A stretch of 63,999 nt of DNA, filler included, from Chrysochromulina tobinii (taxonomy: Eukaryota), in NCBI GenBank assembly GCA_001275005.1. It is 8 parts of 8 records of this genome, joined end to end, with 100 filler letters (N's around TTAATTAATTAA, not from the genome) between each part and the next. Parts side by side here need not be neighbours in the genome. Positions count along the whole stretch, not along the records: positions 54,829 to 59,534 come from JWZX01001317.1; positions 59,635 to 62,564 come from JWZX01001320.1; positions 62,665 to 63,999 come from JWZX01001475.1; 5 more parts are not named here. The stretch is one strand, 5' to 3'. The notes below the pieces were generated by a model. The model had not been told where the DNA came from. It did no database searches and saw nothing but the letters and a program-made list of their open reading frames with translations. This document shows, piece by piece, positions 54,829 through 63,999 of this stretch. The translations under genes were made by a program, and so were the position numbers. The first letter of the stretch is position 1. Each line of letters opens with the position of its first letter.

Positions 54829-55998
54829 GCGTACACCCCATCGCCAGCACAGAAGCGGACAGACGAGCCGATGAACCAAATGGAAGCGGCAGCGGCGGCG
54901 GAGGCGGCGAAGGCGGAGGCGAAGGCGGCGGCCGAGGAGAAGGCGGCGGCCGAGGCGAAGGGGGCGGAGGAGGCGGAGGCAGCGGCGGAGGAGACGGAGC
55001 CCCATGATGGTCCCATGGAGATGGTGGAGGCGGTGGGGGAGGTGGAGACAGCAGGGACAGCGGAGGTCGGGCTGTCCCTGCTGCCCGTTGAGATCCACGC
55101 TGAGATCATCAGGCAGATGGTGCTTTCACCGCTAAAAGGCGTCTGGACCACGTTGTCCATGTCGCGGTACTGGCATCAGCTCACTGTAAGGCAGGCGCTG
55201 CAATTGCCGCGCCCTGAGGGGCGCCAGCCGCATGCCGTGAACATCGGTGCAGATGCCGCATGTGGCATCTGCGGCGATCCATTCTCATCCCTGTGTAGGC
55301 CCACCGTCATGCTTAGCTGCAGCCGCCCTCATGTGCATTGTTGGGAATGCATAGCGAAGCATAGCCTCGGCAATTCCGAGACCACATGCGACGGGCTGGT
55401 GGTCTCGTGTCCCATCTGTCGCATTTGTAGCAGCGGATTGCAGGTGTGCGGCATGGCGGGCGGCATGGCAGGGATGGGCATGTCGCGCGTGCTGCTGCCA
55501 GGGGATGTGGTGGGCTTTGCTGACATTCGCCGGAAGCAGCTAGGCCGCAAGGAGCGGGATAGGGAGGAGGGGATGGAAGCGGAGCGGCGCGATCGGGCCG
55601 CCTTTGAGGCGCTGCAGCAAGCCCTGGCCACAGCCCAGCCCCCTGTAGAAGTAGATGTATGGTGGTGCACCATGGGGGCGGAGGTAGCGGTGCTGAGCGG
55701 GTCATGCGAGGCGCGTCAGCTGCAGGGGCTGGCAAACCATGTGGGGACGCTGTCGGCCAGGCAGGTGTCGGTCAGCTCAGAGGTCCTCTCGTTGGCGAGC
55801 GATGACATCCTTCGGAGATGCATGGGGGTGGAAGAGCGCACTGCCGATGTGGTGCACAGGGAGTTGCAGCGGCGCGCGCTAGAGGGTAGGCTTCGGGTGA
55901 CGGCAGCGACGGCTCAGACGGTCATAGACCGTCGGATGGTGGGAATCGGGGGAAAGAGGGTGCGTACTCAGACCCCCGCCTTCATTCCATATAGTTGA
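54829..55998 (+). CDS. F-box-like plus RING finger protein, possibly 5'-partial
   Basis: LSLLPVEIHAEII...SRYWHQL (F-box-like); CGIC...C...HVHCWECI...CPICR (RING-like). Confidence 0.55.
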   Translation, partial: AYTPSPAQKRTDEPMNQMEAAAAAEAAKAEAKAAAEEKAAAEAKGAEEAEAAAEETEPHDGPMEMVEAVGEVETAGTAEVGLSLLPVEIHAEIIRQMVLSPLKGVWTTLSMSRYWHQLTVRQALQLPRPEGRQPHAVNIGADAACGICGDPFSSLCRPTVMLSCSRPHVHCWECIAKHSLGNSETTCDGLVVSCPICRICSSGLQVCGMAGGMAGMGMSRVLLPGDVVGFADIRRKQLGRKERDREEGMEAERRDRAAFEALQQALATAQPPVEVDVWWCTMGAEVAVLSGSCEARQLQGLANHVGTLSARQVSVSSEVLSLASDDILRRCMGVEERTADVVHRELQRRALEGRLRVTAATAQTVIDRRMVGIGGKRVRTQTPAFIPYS

Positions 55999-57315
55999 GC
56001 GAATGTTACCGACCTAATTCTATTCAGACTACAACTTGTCGTGCTTCTCTGGCTCCCGGGTACTCGCTCTGGTCGGATCGGCGCCCTGACGCCCGCCAGC
56101 GGAGCGCCCTGGGCCTGGGACGCCCACCCCCACGGATGGCGGGTTCGTGCCTCGAGACGGCGGGTGCCCCTGCTGGGCGCTTCCCGAGTTCCATTTCAAG
56201 ATGCAGGCGCGTGTCGAGTTGACTAAAAACCTGTGTGTTCACAAAAGAAGGGCGCGCGCGCATCGCGCGAATCAGACATTTCGTTCGCACTAGCGTGTGC
56301 GGCCGACTTTGACTTTCCACAGCTGGGACAGGCCACCATCCACACACGCGTCACACGGGCCCCGGAAAAGCGGAAATGTGCGCCTCCCGGTGACGCACCG
56401 TACATTTCACAACAAACCAAAACTCTTAAGATGATGAGATTGAGATAGGAGAATGTGGTCCACCTGTTACGATTTGTTGTCGTAGACGGCCCGGTCGATC
56501 AGACCTCGGTCCCTTGCCATAGAGGCTCGACCGGTTGTCATTTGGATGTTATTCAGACGAGATTTAGCCACAAGTTTGAAGCTAGAGACCAGGAACTGTG
56601 AACGTTAACACGACAGACGCGTCAAGCGGTGCTACGGCGTGCCGGTGTGCCTTAAGGTGTGTCTGAGTGTGTTAGAAATCACGGGCAGTAACAATGTCGT
56701 AGCACCGGTTGTCGCGTCTCTCGTTAATGTCGTGTTAACGTTCACACAGGCACAGGATCTGGTGTGAATGTCGCTTTTGAGTTTCGTTACTTTCGTGTGC
56801 GTGAATCGTGAGAATGAAGCGGCTGTGACGTGTGCGTACTTGTTGCCCTTCACGCTTTTGAGTTTTGTTTGTGGATTGTGCGTGTTGGTGTGTTGTGAAT
56901 GAACGTGAGTTGTATCATTGAATGAATGTCATTCTCGGCATACATGTACACCATGGAACTCAAGGCGCGTGTTGGTCGAGCTCAAGGGCGTGACTCGTAC
57001 GTGACTCGATCTTGGCTGGCGCTGGCGCAACGTGTCTTCTGCTCGCGCGTGAAAGGCCATCCTGCTCGGCCGCGTGCTCTGCGGCGTGCGAATGCCTGGA
57101 GGGTTGGCGTGGCGTCGACTGCAGCGTACCCATCTGCGAGGGTAGCTGCTCACAGAGCGGCTGGTGCGTTGGGCCCAAAGCGTGAAAAGGGCTGGGCCAC
57201 CTGATGCGCGTGCGATGCGGGCTGGAAGGGTGCGCGTTGTGACGTGCCTGAGTGCTCGGCTGGCTGCTGCGGCCGCGGCAGGGCCAGCGAGCGCAGCCGG
57301 CCAGCTGAAGACGGC

Positions 57316-59534
57316 CTAGAAAGACGCGGCCGACGCGGCGACGGCGGTGCCGCTCAGGTCGAGGGTGTGGAGATGACGGGAGTTGGCGAGGGAGAGGCAC
57401 TCGTCGGCCGCCAGCTGGCTCCCGCTCACGTCGAGCTCCGCCACCAAGCACGACGCCGCGCCCAGCGCCGCCGCGAGCGTCGCGCCGTCGCCCGCGGCCC
57501 ACGCGCCGTTGCCGCCCAGCCGCACCGTGCGCAGCGCGTTGCCCTCGCGACCCATCAGCACGCACAGCGGCCGCAGCATCGCGCGGCACCCCGACGCGCC
57601 CGCCACCACGGCGCGCTCGATGCGCACCTCGACCGTCCCGTGACTCCACCGGCTGACGCCAAAGTGCACGCCGCTCGGCACGCCGCGCACCTCGGCGGCC
57701 CTCTGGCCGTTGATGTGCCACGCGAGCACGCCGCCGGCGAGCGTCATGCGGATCCGATCGCCCGCCTTGTAGGTGGGAAGGCTGCTCTGGACATAGGAGA
57801 CCTTGTGCACAATTCTACCGTCCGACCTGTAGCCCCAGCTCTCGGCGTCTTCACCAAGATAGGTGGACAGGGCGCCCTTGACCGGCAGCGCCGCGCCTAA
57901 AATGCAGCCAACAGGATTGGTGCACTGCTGCACGACGAGCTCGACCATCGGCGAGACCGCGCCGAGCAGCGCCCGCCCGTCGTCATCGAGCCTCACGCTC
58001 CGCCCGCCGTCGTCGCCGAGCGTGGCGCTCGCGACCTTGAGCTTCGGCGCAAACAGCAGCGCGAGCCGTTGCAGCACGGCGGTGTCTGTCGCGCCAATCG
58101 CCTGCGCCGAGCAGTCAACCTCACGCAGCGACAGACGGCACGCGCCGCTCATCAGGGCCGCCTGCCGCTCCAGGACCGCCTCAGACGGCATCCGACCGTC
58201 CGTCGTGTACAGCACGTTCGCAAGCCGCAGCTCGGCAAGTGGCGCCGCACTCTCGCGCAGGCCCTTACCGATGAGACGCGCCGCCTCGGCCGCGCATGAC
58301 GAGCCGCTCAGATCGAGCGTCGACAGGCTGGTGCTCGTCTTGAGTAGGGCGCCCACAACGGCGCCCTCGGCCTCGCCCACCGCCTGGCCACCCAGCCGCA
58401 GCTCGGCCAGCGGCGCCACGCTCGCCCTTAGGCACTCGAGGATCCGCGACAGCGCCGCCGGCGCGCACGACGAGCCGCTCAGATCGAGCGTCGACAGGCT
58501 GGTGCTCGCCTTGAGGAGCGCGCCCAAGACGGCGCCCTCGGCCTCACTCACCGCCTGGCCGCTCAACGACACCGATTCGCTTGATCGCAGCTCGCCCAAG
58601 GGCATCACCCACTCGCCAAGCCTCAGCGTCTGCAGCGCGCGGCCCGCCGAGACGAGCGCGAGGCACTCGTCGGCCGCCAGCTGGCTCCCGCTCACGTCGA
58701 GCTCCGCAACTACGCACGACGCCGCGCCCAGCGCCGCCGCGAGCGTCGCGCCGTCGCCCTCGGCCCACGCGCCGTTGCCGCCCAGCCGCACCGTGCGCAG
58801 CGCGTTGCCCTCGCGACCCATCAGCGCGCACAGCGGCCGCAGCATCGCCGAGCACCCCGCCGCGCCCGTGACGAAGGCACGCTCGATGCGCATCTCGACC
58901 GTCCCGCTGTACCCGCTGACGCCAAAGTGCACGCCGCTCGGCACGCCGCGCACCTCGGCGGCCCTCTGGCCGTTGATGTGCCACGCGAGCACGCCGCCGG
59001 CGAGCGTCATGCGGATCCGATCGCCCGCCTTGTAGGTGGGCAAGCCGCTCTGGACATATGAGCTCTTGTGCATGATTCTACCGTCCGCCGAGTAGCCCCA
59101 GCTCTCGGCGTCAGCACCAAGGAAGTGGGACAGGGCGTCCTTGCCCGGCAGCGCCGCGCCGATGAAGCAGTGATCAGGGTTGGTGCACTGCTGCACGAAG
59201 AGCTCGACCATCGGCGAGACCGCGCCGAGCAGCGCCCGCCCGTCGCCGTTCTCGAGCCTCACGCTCCGCCCGTCGTCGCCGAGCGTGGCGCTCGCGCCCT
59301 TGAGCTCCGGCGAAAACAGCAGCGCGAGCCGCTGCAGCGCGGCGGTGTCTGTCGCGCCGATCGCCTGCGCCGAGCAGTCGACCTCACGCAGCGACAGACG
59401 GCATGCGCCGCTCATCAGGGCCGCCTGCCGCTCAAGGACCGCCTCAAACGGCATCCGACCGTCCGTCGTGTACAGCACGTTCGCGAGCCGCAGCTCGGCG
59501 AGCGGCGCCGCACTCTCGCGCAGGCCCTCGCAAA
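57316..59534 (-). CDS. LRR protein with two SPRY/B30.2-like beta-sandwich inserts, 5'-partial
   Basis: Tandem unit of about 1263 nt; LG.DAESWGY..DG.I.H......P.YKAGDRI...L..G.L.W.ING (SPRY-like); LSTLDLSGS repeats spaced 57 aa apart. Confidence 0.7.
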
Positions 59535-59941
59535 NNNNNNNNNNNNNNNNNNNNNNNNNNNNNNNNNNNNNNNNNNNNTTAATTAATTAANNNNNNNNNN
59601 NNNNNNNNNNNNNNNNNNNNNNNNNNNNNNNNNNCCTGCCTGTCGGACGCGCCGGATTTGCATTCGAGCCATTACTCATCGGCGCCTTCACCCTCGTCGC
59701 CGCCTTGGCCCGCAACGACTTCGGCATTTTGTTGAAAACGCGGTTTGGAAATGAATGACTACCGGTACAGTACCAGAGCTCAACTTTTATAGCACCTCTT
59801 CCCGCCGCCGCCATGTGCTATACGCGGTAAGGAATCGAGACAACGTGACGCGCCACGTCAACTAAAATTAAACTCTTCATTTTGACTTCCTTCATCGCAT
59901 CGCGTTCTCGCGCGCTCAAGGTTGCCACGTGACCCCATCGA

Positions 59942-62278
59942 ATGGCACCCAAGCCCCATCGCTCGTGCGCCTTTACGAATCAGAGGTCGGCGTATGGCGT
60001 GCGACGGAAGGGTGGAGAATGCGCGATGACAAAGAAGCACTTTGGCGACGCAGTCGTTTGCCCGCGTTATACGATTTGCGACAACCGAAAGTGCCAAGCA
60101 GCGATGTGCGTGGATTGTTTGGAGAAGATCTCTGTCCAGGTGGACAAGCTCCAGCTTGATGGACGTGTGGTTCTTCCCAACGACGTTTGGACCGCGCTGC
60201 TCGGCCGGTGCTATCACGCTGGCGCAAGACGCTTCGCAGGGTTTCGGGCTTTGCCAGCTGGCGGCGGTCGTTGGACAAGTGCTTGCCCTTTGTGCGTGAC
60301 GGTCGAGTTGAAGCCACCCATGCCTCGCATGCCGATGACGCTGCCTGCGCTACCTTACGTGACGATGCCGCCCAAGCTGCTCAAACACTGGAAGGGAGTC
60401 ATACGTGCACCGTTGGTCCTCGAAAATTCCAGTGCAGGGCCCGTCGCAACCCATTCGGTGGAGGTCTACGTTTACGAGCAACTGGTGGGCGACGCCGAGG
60501 CTGCCAGTTGTTTCAAGCGCATGCCGGCCATTGGCAAGTACGCAGTCTTTTGGCGGCCTCCAATGCCAGCCCCAGAAGTTGACGGCCTCAACTTACGCAT
60601 CATCGCAGGCAAACCGTCTGACGGTTCACCTTTGGTGCTATTGTCGGCCGTGGCTTTTGGCGCTCTGAAAGGATGCTTGCCCGGCCATGCCTCGCCCACG
60701 ATAGACACGACGGCGCAGCTTGCCCGTCTCATCATGGATAGCTGCAGTCACCGCGTGGTGGGCCACGGCCCCAGCCGTAAGAACTTTGTGCACCATCGGC
60801 CGCACAGCCTCTCGGTGGCACTCGATGCACAGCCTTTGGACGGCGCAGAGCTGCTCGAGCTCACTGCCGCAGTCGATCCTCCGGCGCTCGAGCACGTCGA
60901 TCGCATGGACGTCGTTGATCCTCCGCGGCGGGATAGCCGTCTCTCAGCAATAGATCAAGATTCTCCTCCTTCATTGGGGGTGGATCTGCGTCAGCTGGAG
61001 CCGCGGCGCCCCCGCTGCGGGGGATCGAGTTTGTACCATCGGCCGCACAGCCTCTCGGTGGCACTCGATGCACAGCCTTTGGACGGCGCAGGGCATGTCG
61101 AGCCCGCACAGGTGAAGCGACCCAAGACCGCGCGGTCCCATTGCGCGAAATCTCTGTGGGTCTCGGCGTTCAGGTGTGTTAGGGCTGGTGGTGCTTTTGG
61201 CGTTCTCTACGGAGTCGGCGGCACCACAGCTGCAGCCAAGGAGAGATTGTGCCATCCACGCTGCGACGCGGGACTGCCCCGCTCATTGGATGCTACTGTC
61301 GCCGTGCCGATCGTACGAGGAGAGCACGTGTCAGGCTTGTGCCCGTTATGGATCTCGCCGGTAACCGGCAAGGGTGCAGCGTTGCCGGCTGCGTCTCACC
61401 CACCAGTGTCTGGGGCAGACGTGTCTGGCTGTGAGCTCGAGAACATGATGCAACGTGCCGAGCCTGGGGCTCATGAGGGCGTCTGCCTCTTGGCGCGCAT
61501 GACGAGCGTCAAGCTCACTGTGGCGGGCATCCTGCTGCAACTAGGCGAAGTTGAGGGGCTAGGGCTATCCATAGGGACGTCCTTAGCGACAGAGACTGTC
61601 TCGCTTTGGACCTTGGTGGAGGCCGGAGAGCTGAGGGGTTCATCAGCACCTTCGACGCGTGGCATTAGGCGCGTGGTTGACAACGCTCCAGGGGCCGCCG
61701 CGGCCTTGACCCAATTTCTCTCGCTGCACCACGCCACGCTTGGCGGGCATTGTGGAGGCCACGTGGACACGATGGGCGAAGGGCTTGAAGACAAGGTGGC
61801 ATTAGCTGGAATCGGTGGTGTGGAATCCACACGAGTTCACCTTGAGAGCTGCGGTGCGGTCACGGAGCTACCGCCGTCAGCATGCGCCTTCCAGGCGTAC
61901 AAGGTGGCCACGCTGCTCAGCAGCCCAGGCCCGTTGCCGGACGACGGCGACGTTGAAATCTCCGGAGCCACGCACGCATCTTGCTTGCATGCTCACCCGT
62001 CACCATCCACGTCGGGACCATGGTACCGCGGTGCGTACGTTCGCTCGCTCCAACGCATTTACTCACGAGGCGGCGCCCTTTGCGACCATCCTCGCACTGG
62101 TTCGGCTGGATGGATGGAGAATGCGCAACGGCGTCACGGTTTGTCGCAGCAGATTTGCTTGGCCATTATGACGCTTCCAGACCGGAATAAAATCCATACA
62201 TACCTTCGGATGACGCCCGCACAGCGGCTAGCCTTTATGGCCAATTATCTGGCTAGTGTCGCCGGTGCTGGTGCTGGT

Positions 62279-62322
<44 letters not shown>

Positions 62323-62564
62323 CGCCGCTGATGCCGAGGCCGATCCCGCTGCTGATGCCGCCGCAAATGCCGCTGCTAATGCTGTTGCCGCGGCCGCGGC
62401 CGATGGCGCCGCTGCCGCTAACCCTAACGACGAAGAGGGCGACAGAGTTGTTCTTCAAGTCTGCTTCGACGAGGACGAGATACCTCAATGGATCCATCCA
62501 TTTCAAAGAGGATCCTCAGAACCAGTGCTACCAACAGTCGATCAACTAGAGTATCTCGAGCAGC
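59942..62564 (+). CDS. Hypothetical protein with a Cys-rich N-terminus, 3'-partial
   Basis: Open ORF of about 875 codons; C...C....C..C...CPLC cluster; internal 57-nt duplication; (AG)n tract. Confidence 0.5.
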
Positions 62565-62664
62565 NNNNNNNNNNNNNNNNNNNNNNNNNNNNNNNNNNNN
62601 NNNNNNNNTTAATTAATTAANNNNNNNNNNNNNNNNNNNNNNNNNNNNNNNNNNNNNNNNNNNN

Positions 62665-63999
62665 CGGAGATCCTCGAGAACGTGCGCGAGATCGCCCGAG
62701 GCATGGGCATCCTCTCAGACGAGCCCACCGTCCTCCGCTCGGACAACCTGTCGAGCGTGCGCGTCTCCAACGACCCGAAGTCCGCGGGGCGCCTTCGGCA
62801 CGCTCTGCGGCGCTACGCTACCCTTCAGGCTCGTGTGGCACGAGGCGAGGTGAACGTTATCCACGTCCCGGACGAGTACAATGCGGCGGACTTCCTCACC
62901 AAATGGGTCCCGGCGATCAAGCTCAAGGAGTCGGTCGCCTACACGTCAAACGCGGCGGCCAAGAAGGGCGTCAAGCGCGGCCTCAAGGACCTCGAAGCCT
63001 CCGCGGCCGAGTTCATGACCCTGCGCTCCGGTAAGCGGAAGTTCTCGGCCTCGTTCGCCGAGGAAGCGACCCCGGCCCCGTCCCCGCTCGTCGACGCGCC
63101 TCCGCCGATGGTCTTCCTCTACTACGGCGTCAACGAGCTCTTCGGGGAGGACGAGATGGAGGTCGAGGAAGTCGACGAAGCCGCCGATCCGCCCGAGCAC
63201 GAGGTGTCGGTGGCGGACCTCGACCCGTACTACAGCGACACCGAGTCTGACCTTCTAACCGAGGCGGGCGACGACGCGTGGGCGCCGTGGGTCACCGGAG
63301 CCGGGCCCGCCATGCACGCGTTCGCGTCCTTCGACGATTTCGTCTACTACTACCGCATCTACGAGGCGACGGATGCGATGTGGCACGCCTGGAACGCGGC
63401 GCAGGACTACGAGGTCGAGGACTTCGAGGAGACTGTCCCGAACAGCATCATCATCCTGAAGTCCTGATCGAGCTCGAGGACCGACGGACGACAACGGGCA
63501 GGTCTCCTAGACCACTCGCGCTCGACAACCGGCGTCGGTACCGCGCTCACACAATGGGGGGAAAGGGACGCCTAGGGACCACCAGGTACCGGCGCTCATC
63601 ATGGGGGGCGGGATCGGTGTGCCCTGAGGCACCGCCCGTGGAACAATGGGGGGAGTCGTCGTGCCCAGAGGCACCACCCCTATGAAATACCGCTCTGTTC
63701 GCTTCACGGCACAAGCTGCCTCAAGCGTGGGGGGTGCGAGCGGTAGGGGGGTCATTCTCCCGGTGAGGGTCCGTGACGGACAGCTGGGAGAAACGGACAG
63801 CTGGGAGGAACTGATGAATGTATTCATCTATGTGTGTAAGCTCGCATTGCGTGTTCGTGTGTGTCTCCGTTGCCCGTCGGGTAAGTTCTCGCTTTCCGAA
63901 ATATTCTGTCGCCGTGTCGCTGTAGTACGGGTCGAGGTCCGCCACTGACACTTCGAGCTCGGCTGCGTCGTCGGCCTCCTCGACCTCCATCTCGTCTTC
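62665..63999 (+). mobile_element. Ty1/copia LTR retrotransposon 3' part: RNase H end and acidic ORF tail (to 63467), candidate PPT and LTR start near 63735
   Basis: PTVLRSDNLSS.......K..R.RH...RY..LQ..V..G...V.HVP...N.ADFLTK is the copia RNase H C-terminus. A G-tract followed by TG lies at 63729-63736. Confidence 0.8.

Noticed and set aside
20607..62664. Recurrent TTAATTAATTAA motif between N runs
   Set aside because: Artificial six-frame-stop contig linker. Gene neighbourhoods across it are not evidence of linkage.
1..63999. tRNA or rRNA genes, prokaryotic operons or defence systems
   Set aside because: None recognisable. The sequence is eukaryotic with spliceosomal introns.

Overview
GC-rich eukaryotic nuclear DNA, most likely a haptophyte alga (Chrysochromulina-like; inferred from gene content, spliceosomal introns and PPPSP-rich modular proteins). 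The window is eight contigs joined by 100-nt N-TTAATTAATTAA-N spacers, so adjacency across gaps cannot be trusted. Recognisable genes: a MICAL-like monooxygenase (partial), fibrillin, PDH E1 alpha, ZBBX-like, HHL1-like, NAA15, a 2OG-Fe(II) oxygenase, two EF-hand proteins, a secreted VWD-like protein, two large Pro/Cys-rich modular surface proteins, a HET-like membrane protein, FUN14, RimI-like, a 12-exon PKD2-like channel, TIM23, NEIL3, RPS13, a PH-like/dynein-p28 fusion, a 5-exon SGNH-like protein, LRR proteins and an F-box+RING ORF. LINE, copia and probable Crypton-like remnants are also present. The most striking signal is intron architecture. About 15 hand-mapped introns contain strand-oriented 10-nt satellite arrays (GATGGCCACT/GATTGCCTCT family). 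Many also carry shared 3' acceptor cassettes and variable-length duplications of their own exon junctions, and some hold a fossil copy of the uninterrupted (spliced) junction. This looks like a recent intron-generating process. All exon models are manual and unverified by RNA data.
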